Positions 45,526-59,412 are shown, counted from the first letter of the stretch. The stretch is 64,000 nucleotides of DNA from Phoronis australis (GCA_002633005.1 NMRA01000106.1:12737-76736); one strand, 5' to 3'. The notes: generated from the sequence alone by a model not told the origin. Program-made: numbers and translations.

Positions 45526-46488
45526 ACAGTACACACCATGGATTTTTGCACATTTTGAATTACCGGTGGCTACAGACTAAATGTATGACGTAAAATTTAG
45601 CTAAACCCATGTTTAGTTTGTGTAATTAGCTCAAAATTTTGAGTTTTCTTTCAATTTTGCCAATTTTCATATTTCCCGCCATGTGACGTCATGGGTTGAA
45701 CACAAGAGATCAGTGACTAGCATTGATCAATGGCGGAGAACAGGGAATTTGAAAGCGACGACGATTATGAGCAAGAATTGAACGAATACTATGAAAAAGC
45801 ATACGAGAATGGTGGACAGGATGAGGAAATTGGGTTGCACGAAAGCGAGAACAAGTTTAATGTGCTTCCGGCTGCGTACTTTTCTACTTTGAGCCTTGCG
45901 AACTGGATCCTCCCGCGAAAGAAGCGGTCTCGGGCTCGGCGAGTCAACCCAGTCATCCAACAGGCGATCCTGAATTAACAGCTGATGTTTCTGAATGATA
46001 AATATTGTCCTTTATTGAACCAAGCCTTCATCGTAACGTCTCCTGTGACTGGAGTCGAAACACGAGTCCTCAAAGTGGGCAGAACACAGAGTGGCCCTGG
46101 ACCGAATCGCTTGGTCCACGATGACGTCCCACACTCTCGTTCGGCGCCCGAAGCGATGCCACTTCTGTGCAACTTTCATGTCCTTCGGAACACCGAGACG
46201 TTCTCCGCCTGGCTGCTGTTGCAGCAGCCTCCGGAAACACACCTTTTGGTCCCTCTACGAACCTTCTCGACGCTAAATGTACTTTGCTTTCTCTTCACTC
46301 TATACACTTTGTCTCTGATCCGAACAGTATGGCAAACGACTTGGGTTTAACTCATGACGTTGTAGATAATTATTATTTTTTCAATTTTTGCGTGTTTCTT
46401 TATGAGCTGTGCACTAAAGGCACTGAAATCAAGTAAGATATAATAATAAAAATTTATTTTGAGGTACTAGAGTCATGTTGTGTACACT
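45526..46488. mobile_element. 963-bp internally deleted Kolobok-like element with convergent THAP and acidic (YFEP-type) ORF remnants
   Basis: TTAA on both sides (45522-45525, 46489-46492); imperfect TIR acagtacacaccatg / catgttgtgtacact; plus-strand MAENREFESDDDYEQ.. with a frameshifted YFEP; minus-strand THAP. Confidence 0.7.
46012..46255 (-). pseudogene. THAP zinc-finger pseudogene
   Basis: KRCVSGGCCN..VSVF / PKDMKVAQKWHRF..RATLCSAHFEDSCFD, frameshifted between the two halves. Confidence 0.8.
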
Positions 46489-46664
46489 TTAAAACAAATG
46501 AAAAAAAGAAACGGTGACACACTTTTAGTTCATTTAGGTAACTTCATTGTGGAAAAAGATTTATAACCGATTTATGTGATCGTCCTTTTTAAGACGACTT
46601 GGGGGTCTATATTGCACCCTCTCTCGGTGAAAACGAGGCAACGCTATAAAAACGAGACAGTGCC

Positions 46665-48045
46665 GAATATTGAATGCATTACAGCGCAACGAAAAATTGG
46701 TGTCATTTAGTTCTCAGATTATGCTTCAAGTATATTTAGGGTCCGTCCCATAATTAGGTACACTATGTGTACTTCAAAATACATGGAGAAAATCGTAGTG
46801 ATAACTAACGAAAGTAGCATGTACATTCTTAAACTGCATCTTTTTCTTTTCTTCATAGTTGATAAAAATCTTTGAATATGGCCTATTCTCGATGAGATTG
46901 CCTTCCGATTTATAACACATCAGTACAAAGTGCCATTTTGCAGAGGCACCCAGTTGCACAGCTTCACAAAATGGCCATTATTGGAGTGTTTTATTTGTGT
47001 GTTTTATTTGTTTATGTCAAACAGTCTTTGTGATGATAAAATGCGCGCACCCAGTCTAAAATATAGGGGGGCTCGAATTCTTCGATATGCGGACCTTTTA
47101 CTGAAAAAAATCAACGAGGACTTAAAAAAAGACGGGGCAACTAGGTTCAGGCCTGCCAATCGTGCATCCACGCCGAATTTCTGTGGACTTAGTGGACCTT
47201 TGTCTCGTTTACTCGGACTTTTTGTTTCACTGAGGCGGAGGACCTTTTTGCCCACTTCGCCAAATTGGGTGCGCCTGTGGATAACTAAATTAAAACGATA
47301 GAATCTTACACTATCATCTAACTTATGTGTGAAATTTGTGTGAAATGGAGCAATGACTTCAAAAGTACACCTTTGTATATAATATCAGTGTGTGTGTGTG
47401 ATATTGGACATCACACTGTTAGGAGTGGATAACAGTTAGAATGCACTGAGTTTGCAATTTAAATTTAAATTTAAATTGAATTGAAATCCAGTTTTTGTTT
47501 GTGACACCCTTGTAATTGTAGAGTAAATGCAGTTAGTGGGGTGCAACGTTCGACAGAGGAATTAACAAAGAAATGGTCAAATTATGCTTCATCAGTAAAG
47601 GGAAAAGAGGCTCAAAGAAGAAGGGAAATGAAGAGGACTGCGGGAAGGCCACCCACCAAGTCGTTAAGTGAGCTGGAAGACCAGGTCAGAGGCAAGGGGT
47701 CGGAGGTCGTGACCTTTTAAGAAAAGCCGGGCTATTTTTGTCAAATAATGCTTTTACTCAAAACCAATTGAAAACTTAAATATAATAGAAATAAATTGAA
47801 TTTATAAATTAAGGTTTACCAACTGTTATAGCTTAAAACACGTTTTTTCACGCTAAGTTTCGACCGGGAAATTATCGTCTGCTAAAGTAGGTTACCACTG
47901 GTAACTGAATATAATTCTCAAGTCAAAGATCCTGACGACACGAAACCCGCATTCAAACTGGAGATCGGTGATTTACAAGTAAGAGGACATGAGAGAAAAA
48001 TTTCACTGAATTAAGATATCATTTTTATGGAAATTATGTGTCTTA
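46665..48045. repeat. ~1.4-kb near-identical duplicate of 49842-51610 (likely alternative haplotype)
   Basis: Collinear near-identity; the second copy starts right after a single N (49841) and ends at a gap. Confidence 0.9.
47522..47684 (+). pseudogene. Myb/SANT-like (MSANTD/Harbinger ORF1-type) exon fragment
   Basis: ttgtag|VNAVSGVQRSTEELTKKWSNYASSVKGKEAQRRREMKRTAGRPP..LSELEDQ|gtcaga; the copy at 50684-50845 lacks one G (frameshift). Confidence 0.7.
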
Positions 48046-48143
48046 TTTTTCGTAGCGTATAAGTACAGTATAATGCGGTTTCTTGAACATGCGATTATTG
48101 CGCGTGCTCATTTAAGTATTCTATTTTCACTCTTGATGACGTC

Positions 48144-48215
48144 AGTCACTGCATGGTTCAGTGGTAAAGTCGGCGACCAACAATTCCAGGATCCCGGGTT
48201 CGACTCCGTCCTCGG
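48144..48215 (+). repeat. tRNA-like Pol III promoter remnant (SINE head/pseudo-tRNA)
   Basis: A-box tggttcagtgg and B-box ggttcgactcc at tRNA-like spacing; no convincing anticodon or acceptor stems. Confidence 0.45.
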
Positions 48216-50845
48216 TTTCCCGCCAAATCCTTATCTCACTAGTGAGAAAACTTTATGGGTTATTACACGGTTGTATCTGTCATATGACGCTAATATTGTG
48301 GTATAAGAGGTGATATTTAACGGAAATGAGTTATCAGTTTTTCTCTCAAACGGTCTGTAATTATTTAAGTTTTACCGCTGTTTTTCATCCATACGCTTAG
48401 TTTGAACCATTTTCTGATGCCAAACTAACAATCAGTTCATACTGCAGCTAGCTGCCAAGAAGGACAGTATGGTAAATTGGCATGATCAAACTATGAAGAT
48501 GGATATCTCCAGGTTAGAAAATGTGTATCTAATCATCTTACCCATTTGACGACCCCTGCATAATGACCCCTGTATCACAATGAGGGGGGTGGTACTGGGG
48601 ATCCAGGTTATAATCTTTGTAATAATAATCTAACTCGATATTAGTTTTAATGCTTCTGTTCTATCTATGCTCGAACTTATGATAATGGTAAATTATTCTG
48701 GACTGGATTCTAGTATGGATTACGTGGATGACTGTGTACTAACCATATTTAATTTGTACTTGATGTCCCCAGCATTAAAGCTATAACTTCTAGCCTGAAC
48801 TCGAAATCTCGAGCTTTTACTTTAAATATCAAGATTTCACTAGAGTTTGAACACGTATCAAGGGATTATAAAGTGCAGATTTCCATTTTACATTCACATG
48901 AGTATTCCCTAGCAGAGAATAAGTAGTTATCTGTCTTGAGTTTGTAATAATATCCATTTCGAAGATAACAATGGGACGCCGAGCTAAGTACTTGACGCGT
49001 TATTTTAATTTTTTTGGAAATAGTAGTTTTCGACTTTTTAAAGTAGTTATATTACTGGCTTCCTGTCTCGAATTTGCATCAAGTTCAGCAATAGAGAAAT
49101 AAAAACTATGAAATATTACATTGTGCGGTTGAAGTGCGCACAGTGACTTCGCACATTTAGTTCCACAGTTTATTTGAAAGTGCACACAGCCACTCAAGTG
49201 ATGAATGCAACAGGTTTAACGCTATTTTTTCTTTTTTTCACTCAGTTCACGCTCCCAAGACCTAAATACCACTGCGACAAGAGATCAAGGGTCCATATAG
49301 AAGAGGAAACACGTTGCATGCAGCATGTAGACCGCGCGGTCAGTTGTAATCTTATTGATACTCAACAAAATTCAGACCCGGAGTCACAAGTTGCATGTCA
49401 CACAACATCCTAGTTTCACAGACTCTTCCATTGATGTAGGGATACTCAGCATAATTCTGGGGCGGAGCCACAAGCTACATGTCGCACAACACCCCTTAGC
49501 AAAGTAGTTTCATCGTAAAAAGGCACTTCCACCGATCTTATCGGTACTCAACAAAATTCGGGTGCGTATTCACAAACTACCTGTCGCACAACACCGCTTA
49601 GCAAGCTAGTTGCACAATACAAAGGCACAGTTACGACGACTCGTAAGAACGGACTAAGCAGTAGTCTAAACAAAGGCAATGTATCCTCCTTGTCGGAGTC
49701 AGCTTAGGTCTCTCATCGGACAAGCGCAAAGTTTTTCAGCGCCAACATGCAAAAGAATTCGTATAGTAAAAAGAATGCATATATATGGACTTGTTTTTAC
49801 CACAAGAAAAGTAGCATGGATATATATATGTGTGTGTGTGNCGAATATTGAATGCATTACAGCGCAACGAAAAATTGGTGTCATTTAGTTCTCAGATTAT
49901 GCTTCAAGTATATTTAGCGTCCGTCCCATAATTAGGTACACTATGTGTACTTCAAAATACATGGAGAAAATCGTATTGATAAATGACGAAAGTAGCATGT
50001 ACATTCTTAAACTGCATCTACCACTTTTTCTTTTCTTCATAGTTGATAAAAATCTTTGAATATGGCCTATTCTCGATGAGATTGCCTTCCGATTTATAAC
50101 ACATCAGTACAAAGTGCCATTTTGCAGAGGTACCCAGTTGCACAGCTTCACAAAATGGCCATTATTGGAGTGTGTTTTATTTGTTTATGTCAAACAGTCT
50201 TTGTGATGATAAAATGCGCGCACCCAGCCTAAAATATAGGGGGGCTCGAATTCTTCGATATGCGGACCTTTTACTGAAAAAAATCAACGAGGACTTAAAA
50301 AAGACGGGGCAACTAGGTTCAGGCCTGCCAATCCTGCATCCACGCCGAATTTCTGTGGACTTAGTGGACCTTTGTCTCGTTTACTCGGACTTTTTGTTTC
50401 ACTGAGGCGGCGGACCTTTTTGCCCACTTCGCCAAATTGGGTGCGCCTATGGATAACTAAATTAAAACGATAGAATCTTAGACTATCATCTAACTTATGT
50501 GTGAAGTTTGTGTGAAATGGAGCAATGACTTCAAAAGTACACCTTTGTATATAATATCAGTGTGTGTGATACTGGACATCACACTGTTGGGAGTGGATAA
50601 CAGTTAGAATGCACTGAGTTTGCAATTTAAATTTAAATTGAATTGAAATCCAGTTTTTGTTTGTGACACCCTTGTAATTGTAGAGTAAATGCAGTTAGTG
50701 GGTGCAACGTTCGACAGAGGAATTAACAAAGAAATGGTCAAATTATGCCTCATCAGTAAAGGGAAAAGAGGCTCAAAGAAGACGGGAAATGAAGAGGACT
50801 GCGGGAAGGCCACCCACCAAGTCGTTAAGTGAGCTGGAAGACCAG

Positions 50846-51246
50846 GGCCCGGTCTCCAATCTTTTTACTCGAAATGGAACTCGAAATTAGGTTTGGCATT
50901 TTCTACTCTACTTTTGGGCGAACTCAAGATAAGTGTCTATTATTCTATGCCCGAGTACACAATAACTTACGTAGATAATTTATTGCCCTTAGTTCACAGT
51001 TTGTAAACCCAATATTAAAGCAATAAGTTCGAGTTTGAACTCGAAATTTCGAGTTTTTACTCGAGTTTGTAGCACGAATATAAAGGTCTTCAAGGGCAAA
51101 CATGAACTAGAAATTCCTATGTATAAACTATAATGTATTCGAGCACAGTCTGATAACCAATTATCTTAAGTTCGCACAAAAGGAGCAGAGAAATTGCCAA
51201 AAATAGTTTCGAGTTCGTTTCGAGTACAAAGATTAGAGACCGGGCC
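50846..51246. mobile_element. 401-bp Harbinger/PIF-type MITE with demonstrated empty site
   Basis: TIR ggcccggtctc...gagaccgggcc, CAG TSD (50843-50845, 51247-51249); the duplicate region has a single CAG at 47682-47684. Confidence 0.92.
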
Positions 51247-52011
51247 CAGGTCAGAGGCCCGGGGTCGGAGGTCGTGACCTTTTAAGAAAAGCCGGGCTAT
51301 TTTTGTCAAATAATGCTTTTACTCAAAACCAATTGAAAACTTAAATATAATAGAAATAAATTGAATTTATAAATTAAGGTTTACCAACTGTTATAGCTTA
51401 AAACACGTTTTTTCACGCTAAGTTTCGACCGGGAAATTATCGTCTGCTAAAGTAGGTTACCACTGGTAACTGAATATAATTCTCAAGTCAAAGATCCTGA
51501 CGACACGATACCCGCATTCAAACTGGAGATCGGTGATTTACAAGTAAGAGGACATGAGAGAAAAATTTCACTGAATTAAGATATCATTTTTATGGAAATT
51601 ATGTGTCTTANNNNNNNNNNNNNNNNNNNNNNNNNNNNNNNNNNNNNNNNNNNNNNNNNNNNNNNNNNNNNNNNNNNNNNNNNNNNNNNNNNNNNNNNNN
51701 NNNNNNNNNNNNNNNNNNNNNNNNNNNNNNNNNNNNNNNNNNNNNNNNNNNNNNNNNNNNNNNNNNNNNNNNNNNNNNNNNNNNNNNNNNNNNNNNNNNN
51801 NNNNNNNNNNNNNNNNNNNNNNNNNNNNNNNNNNNNNNNNNNNNNNNNNNNNNNNNNNNNNNNNNNNNNNNNNNNNNNNNNNNNNNNNNNNNNNNNNNNN
51901 NNNNNNNNNNNNNNNNNNNNNNNNNNNNNNNNNNNNNNNNNNNNNNNNNNNNNNNNNNNNNNNNNNNNNNNNNNNNNNNNNNNNNNNNNNNNNNNNNNNN
52001 NNNNNNNNNNN

Positions 52012-53040
52012 CCCGCCCAGGAAATTTTTCTGTTTTTACCTCTAAAAATCAAGCATTTTCCTTGATTCCTGAAGTATTATTCAAGAAAAAAAAAAAAACA
52101 AAAAAAAAACAGAGAACGTGTCAAACAGACAACTGAACGTACCAAAGACTTGAACTCACGACCTCGCAATAAGAGAGCGCGTGCGTTACCACTACACCAC
52201 CACGATTTAACTAGTGCTCTCATGCTAAAAGACCTACTTGTTTATGGTCCACAGCGTTTGCGCGCGAAACCTACTTCTTTTCGTAATGCTTATTACACGT
52301 TTTATATTTTGTGCCATGAATTCTTAACAAATTTGTCGTCTTTAAAATAGTCTTCAAGTGCCCAAAAGACCAAATCCGTTTTTCGAGTTGGCAATAATGA
52401 CGGGATTGCCTTGGAAATCGTCTAAGTTAAGGTTTGACAAAGAGAGTAATGCGAGTTTCTGAGTGATTCACTAAGGCTTCGATTGAAATTCACATCTTAC
52501 CAGCAGCTTCTGTTGTTTCATCGTCACTCAGGTTCCATTCTCTTTAAAAAATGAAGTAAAATTTCTTCATTGCACAGTGGAGCAGACGACGAAAACGGAG
52601 TCGTAGTGCGCAGCGCCACTGCCGGTCGCCTGGGATATCGCGGGAGAGCCTATACTTAGCCATAGTTCCGTTACGAATGCGCAGTGTTCCGAATTTGACA
52701 CTTGAAATTGGGTTTGAGCCCCCCCCCCAAACACTTAAACTGCACACATTTAAATCTTTTTTCATCCGTATAATTTTAATTAATAAATTCACCATTTCCG
52801 TNTACTTAGCCATAGTTCCGTTACGAATGCGCCGTGTTCCGAATTTGACACTTGAAATTGGGTTTTAGCCCCCCCCCCAAACACTAAAACTGCACACACT
52901 TAAATCTTTTTTCATCCGTATATTTTTAATTACCGGGGTTAATTAATAAACTCACCATTTCCCTACGCTCTTACTGTTTTATTTTTTGCGGCAGCCAAGG
53001 GGGGGAGGGCCCTGGCCCCCCCTCCCTAAATCCGCCTATG
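52012..53040. mobile_element. ~1-kb family B element containing a tRNA-like segment (copy of 61446-62392)
   Basis: Collinear high similarity to 61580-62392; ends in aaatccgcctatg. Confidence 0.8.
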
Positions 53041-54875
53041 CAGCTAAACAAGAAATCGGAATGTACAAACATTTGGAAATCACAGCTTGATTCTTACTCG
53101 TAAACAACAAGATTAATTTGTTTTGAACCTCGGTTCTCTCAACTATTTCTGTCGCTATCCCGAGTCATTCGAAATCGACGTATCCGTGTACTTGTCTATA
53201 TTACATAATATACAGGCTACAGTCTCGTAAGTTGTGTTCAATTTTAAACCTGCAATCGAGTCTTAGTGATTCATGACTTCGTCGAGCTTGGTTGTTAACG
53301 TTTCCTCTTCTGGGAGATTATGTACAACTCGGAGGTGCACGATATCAGTTGCTTACGAAAAATAAGTTTCCTGCGTGACACTGTGATGTTCAATTTCCAT
53401 GCCCTGGGACTGCATGGGTTTGCAATTACAGAGCTCTGGACCTAGTGCATGGGGTAGAAACGATTCCATGGCTGCATCTCTAAATTACATTGGCGGATCG
53501 AGGATACCATAAGGGGGGGGGGCAACATTTTGTCTTGGGCAAGTGCGGTTTACGATTGAATGCGAGAACCCAGCCCGAAAAATTGAGTTGCTCGAATTTC
53601 TGGTCCTCGTACTTGAAAGCTAACAGTGGACAAAAAAAACAAAAAAATGAGAAGGCGTTTATGCGGATTCCCTGATACGATCGGGTCCGAGCCCCCCACA
53701 TGTTAAGTACCGAGATTAAGTACCGAGATTAATTACTGGACTCAATATTTCCTCGTGCTCTTGCCGTTTTGCTTCTTTTGCGGCAGCCAAGAGGGGGGAG
53801 CGGGCCAGGCCCCCTGTCCCCCCCCCTAAATCCGCCTATGAATTAATCCAAAACCCAATCCTAAACCAGTAGATGATTTCCAATCTGATAGTCATACAGT
53901 GGTTGTCTTTGTACTTGTTGGCAAATAAATCCTACAACAATACAAACAAAAGTTATGAAAATTGTTCTCATTACTGTGAATGTTGTCACTGAATTACTCT
54001 CACTTTAGGGTCGAATCAGTCGCATGAATAAAAGAAGGAATTGAGAGACCCAATGTTGGATGTCGCCAAGCAAGACCCCCGCGTCTAGAATTTAGACTAC
54101 CAGAGGTCACTTCACTGGATCATTACCCAGTACCATCAGAAGATCCATCATGGTGCCCATGTCACAGGTGTCAAGAAATGCCAACCAGAAATAAAAGTGT
54201 GCTGTGGGAAGCAATCTGCTAACTGCGTTTCATTATTACCTGTAAGTATTCACTAAACCGTTGTCTAAAAATTTAATCACTACAAAGTTTTTAGTATTGA
54301 CTACANNNNNNNNNNNNNNNNNNNNNNNNNNNNNNNNNNNNNNNNNNNNNNNNNNNNNNNNNNNNNNNNNNNNNNNNNNNNNNNNNNNNNNNNNNNNNNN
54401 NNNNNNNNNNNNNNNNNNNNNNNNNNNNNNNNNNNNNNNNNNNNNNNNNNNNNNNNNNNNNNNNNNNNNNNNNNNNNNNNNNNNNNNNNNNNNNNNNNNN
54501 NNNNNNNNNNNNNNNNNNNNNNNNNNNNNACTCAAATCAAATCTCAGTAGCAAATCCCATCCAAAACCAACCAAATGTCAATTTACAAAAATATTGGTGA
54601 GTTCAGTCTGCTATAATGAAAATAATTCTATACGTTTTGATTGTCCAATATAGGATGTCAACCCCAATCAACCAGTTGTTGTTGTATATAATTCATTTAC
54701 AAGAGACAAATGTTCCTTATCAAATCTACAGTAATGCGAAACCGCACGATAATATATTTTACCAATGCTTTCAGGATTTCCAAGTGTTTTGCCTGGAGGT
54801 GTACTTGCCTTAGACAAGCTGCAACGAAATGTGATGACACTGAAGCCAGAGACTGATTAGAATGCGTCTAACTGA

Positions 54876-54997
54876 CATCAGGCATACAGAAACTTTATCT
54901 TGGGGCAACATGGACATCTTGGGAGACATGTGGACAGAGTTGCACAGTTGTGTTTGGACAAAAATATTCACGGACTTTATTGGGACATACAGGCTAC
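54876..54997 (+). pseudogene. KolX / P2X7 C-terminal-like fragment
   Basis: HQAYRNFILGQHGHLGRHV.RV / SCVWTKIF...GY matches the RHxAYRxFxxWxHGxLGxxxRxVIPSCxVxxIR...YxG motif of the Kolobok accessory protein. Confidence 0.7.
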
Positions 54998-55479
54998 ACA
55001 ACAATTGTAGCTGAGCACTGAAACCTGCTTGTGCACAATTGTTACTTTGTGAGATGAAAGTACAACTGTCAGAGTGAACTTTTTATTTCTTAGTCTACTA
55101 TAAAAAGTCCATTTGGATTTTGACTTTCAACAAGAACCTAGAGCATTCTTAAATTAGTTACCATCATGTAGGGCAACGGCCCCAATTTCGAAAAACCAGT
55201 AATGGATTAACTTTTCAAAATAATGTAAAATACTAAAATCGACTTCCCACCTAGTTCTCTGCAACAAATTAATGCGCTGTAACCATCGAAAACCCTCAAA
55301 ACTTGGAGGAAAATTTTCAAAGTCTGCTAAACAGTAAAAGCATGACCTACACTTTTAGCAAGTTGCATGCAACTGTGGGAAAGGCCACCAACCAAGGAAC
55401 ATAATGTCTAATTTGAGAGATAGGGGTATGAGTTTTTAGTTGATTCCTGCTTTTGTCTTTCCTGATTAACGCCAATGAT

Positions 55480-56700
55480 GCATTAGCAGGTGACAGAAAG
55501 ATGATTGGACAAAATTAACAAAACAAGATATCCTTTCAACAGACATAGTCTCCTGGTTGTTTGGCCATGGCCCATAATAAGAAGTTGCAACATTTTTTGA
55601 TTTAAAGTTCCATAGGTTTTGCAATGACCAATCGCGAGTAATCTGCTACTCATGTAACACACCTTACTTACAAGCACAACCTCTAGCCCAACAGCATAGC
55701 CATTCAAAATATATATTGTAATGTTCAACACCATCACTCTCAAATTCAAGATTTCTAAATGCAGGTTTTAATATGAATGTGAATTGCCTAAGCAGTAAAA
55801 CATCACTAAAACATAATTTTACGTAACAGAGAAGCTTTATGGTGACCCTTGTATACAAATATCCCCCTCTCTATGACCCACTTGTAGACAAACCACTGAC
55901 TACACATTTGGCTGAGAAAATAGTTAAGAATCAAGAAAACTATCCAATGGTAATACAAGTTAAACTGGTATTACCAGTTGTATCTTACTCACCATGTAGA
56001 AAGTGTTTCTGTAAACCAAACGCTCCATAAAGAAATTGTTTGCACAAAGTTAAGGTTCAGGGCTTGGACTGATCAATGACAGGTGATGTATCATTCCACA
56101 AATTAATACTAGGGTCTTTGATAGAGATTTTTGGTATAGAAGTCAAAATAATGATCAAAAAAGAGACATAAAGAGGAAATTGGAAATATAATAAGAGGAA
56201 ATCAAAACCAAAAGAGAGTAAATCCTCTTAAAAGAGGAAAATTACAAGCCTTGACAGTTTCCAAATTGACACTACACAAACTGCCCATGGCAGAGTTTGA
56301 AGGTCGATGGCCTGACTGAACATGTTAACTTCTGCATAACTGGATGTATCATGACTATAAACCAAACTGTAGTACCAGATGATCCTCTGCAACAAACTAA
56401 GGCACATGACTGAATAACACCCAGTTGCCATATCATCTTAAATAACCTCTGTCAGGCAGCTTCTTTGACGCATTGACTTCTACTAATGGCAATCATTCGA
56501 AGACGGCAATGTTGTCAGACAACAAGCGGGAGTCATTTTGCTTTTATGTTCATGGAAGCAGTGCATGTCAGACATGTCTTTTAACCGGGTTTTCACAATC
56601 ATCAGCTCGTCATAGCTCTTAGAAGCCTTCACCAGAATGGACAACCATCTCCTGCTCTTCTTGTTGAAGATAAGTTGCTCCCCTAGAAATAATAACAATT
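55480..56700 (-). pseudogene. Decayed Kolobok-like transposase C-terminal fragments
   Basis: IFNKKSRRWLSILVKASKSYDEL..VKTRLKD (~56570-56675, cf. FNKKSRRWSVxxVKxxKxY); weaker scraps KWVIERG and RLLAIGH at 55620-55885. Confidence 0.5.
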
Positions 56701-58425
56701 GTTTCAATGTCAGTGCCAGACACGAAAATGAATGCAGCAGCATTGATTTACCCTGAAACATGAAGAGTGTGAAACATATGAAACTCTTCAAACAATTAGT
56801 ACATTATGCACCTCTTTCAGTGTTATAGAAACTTTTTCGAAGTTGTTTCAAACACTGGATAACATGTTTTCGTTATTCAAAATATAAAAATATACTACAT
56901 ATAGTTAATTAAGTGATTAGAGTTTCACACCTTTCAAGAAGAAAAAACAATACAAATAACAGCATTTGTCACAGGGTGGCTGAATTGTTCCCCACCACAT
57001 ATTAGCATTTAGCAGGTGGTTCATAAACGATTTAAAGAATAGGGCGTTCAACATGAGTTAGTTTTCTAATTAATGAAGGCATCTATGACCAATGACTCTT
57101 GACTATTTCTATGACCTTAAGTCAAATCGCTGTTATGGTGTGGAATGTTACTGTGGTCTGTAATAAAGTCTATCCCATCTTACACCATGTCTTAACTTTC
57201 TTATTCGGCCAGGACAGTTAGCTTCCAGGGCTGTTGTTAGCTAAAAAATGGTACACTTTACTTGGGCGTCCAAAAGCTAAATAGGGCAATCTACCTAATG
57301 TGTCTAAATTTATGTCAGGTTGCGTAGTTGGACACCCTAGATGCCACCTAGATGAAGGCCTGCACCTGGGGCTGCCGCCCAGGACCGAAGGCCACCCAAT
57401 GTTCAAAGCTGTGTCACTGCTATGTCTATCAGGATGTGGTGGTTTTCAAGGCTTTCATAATTTTAAATGGTAATGATTTTGAAACCAATCTTATGAAAAC
57501 CTCTCTCAACCTTTGTGAACACAAAAATAACTGATGTATTTTCATGTCTATTAGGTCAATGAAATAAAAATGCTACAGTGACCTTAGGCAACAGGTAACG
57601 CCTTGGTTGGTTGCTGGGTTAGATGCGGCATTCAGGGCTATGTAATTGCATATTGTGACCTTCAAAATGTGACTAACACCTGGAGATAGGCCACCTACAC
57701 CTTTGTGTAATACACAAAATTGCATGGGCAAATGTTTTTCAAGTAAAATCTTGATTTTCTAAATGTGACCGGGAATTCAAAGTCAAGGCTGTCATCTAAA
57801 CTTCAGCACAAAATACAAACAAAACTTCCTTCTTGAGCAGTGCTGAAGTGGTAAAATTTGTGGTATGTAGGTGCCAAAAGACCACCGTATCACCTTGAGC
57901 ACTGTACGGTGCGTAAGCGCTACCTTCAAATGCCAAAAGGTGGTTGGCTGCGCCTACAGCACTGTTCTTGAGATCATGTGACATAAGTATGCACAAGGAA
58001 ACATTGCATGGATAAAAATAAACACACAATGCACACCCACACAGGACATGTGGAGCACACTCGGACATTTTTAATTCATATGTCACAATTTTTGGTTATT
58101 TAAATCATCTCCCATTCAAGGAACAATCAAATTCAACTTTCTTGTAAGCATTGCAGGTGGTCTTTTTGTCATAAGCTGCACTGATGTAGCCTTGGGACAT
58201 AACAGGACGTGGCATGGCTTGTTCATTGCAGAAAAGGCCTTCCCACGTCTTCTCATCTCAATTTTGTGTTTGCCCCTTTGTTTCTAGCAGAGTCCTAAAT
58301 TATCACTCATTTTAGCACTACACCGCTAATGGCCACTTACAATTTAGTTTTAAACCCTTGTTGAATACTGAGTCGTGGCCACACCAGTAGCCAAAATGCA
58401 TGTTTGGCGCAGCTATGTTAATTAC

Positions 58426-58902
58426 CTTGCATTGCCAGCTTTATCTTCCAGGACTGGCCTGCTGTGATCCTTGATAGCTAGCAGAATTCTGGTAAGCCGG
58501 TACACAAGGCCTTGAGAGTAGCAAAACGCTTACCAGAGTACATAAGAATCAGCAGGTTGAAAATTCCCAACACATCTCTTGTTCTACAACATAAAAATCA
58601 AATCCATGTTAACGTGAGATGGCAATTGGCTGCTGATACCTTGGTAAAAACAATACACTTTCTGTTGCTGTTAACATTACAGAATGCTATAATGTGCCAT
58701 TATCCAAAGCTAGAATAGGTACCTGCTGTTGATGATGAAGCATTCTTCAGCAATGTTGGGTTCTTTTGAATGCATCATGGTCAGATGACCCCTTCTCAAT
58801 TCATTTGTCTTCATCAGTACCTTCTAGTAACTCCCTGCTATGCAAGTTGAAAGTACTGGCAGTTGTCAGTGGAGCAGTCCACTCATGCTTGTCTGTCATG
58901 AC
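58426..58902 (-). pseudogene. Intron-containing Kolobok-like DDE transposase relic
   Basis: MTDKHEW..K*IEKGSSDHDAF; GT-AG intron 58584-58722; then FNLLILMYSGKRFA / YSQGLVYRLTRILLAIKDHSRPVLEDKAG|gtaatt (cf. FxNxILMYAGKRFAYSxxVYxARxLLAxxDxNxHxxRP). Confidence 0.7.
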
Positions 58903-59412
58903 TACGTTAAGATGTATAAAGATGGTTGGCTGTGCCTACGCATGACCGTAACGTACTAACTTACGGTGCGTAGGCGCTACGTTTAAATACCAAAACGTGG
59001 TTGGCTGCGCCTACGTCCCACTACAACACTGGTAATCTTTCATTAATATAGCATATACTGCTAAAAACAACTTATTGGATCAAATACAAGAACTATGTAT
59101 CTGTGTCATGGATGAAAGAGTTATGAAACCTATGGTGGTTGCACCCTATTACCCACCGCGTATGAACACAGTCAAACCTAGTGCGTTGGTAATACGTTCG
59201 TTCGGACAGAACAGATTGTCTTAACTTCCGTTATGGTTGGGCGATTTTGGTGATTCAAATACTAACAAGAGTAACGCAGAGCGTTGAAATACGCCCACGA
59301 ATGCACCGCAAACGGCGTGCTTCTAGGGTTGTTTATTTGTTTCATAAAAATAGCCACTACACTAGCGCAAAAAATGCAATCCACCTAAAAACGGAAAAAT
59401 GCTATCGCTTCT

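Noticed and set aside
48144-48215. Functional tRNA gene
   Set aside because: A and B boxes are present, but the acceptor and anticodon stems do not pair convincingly.
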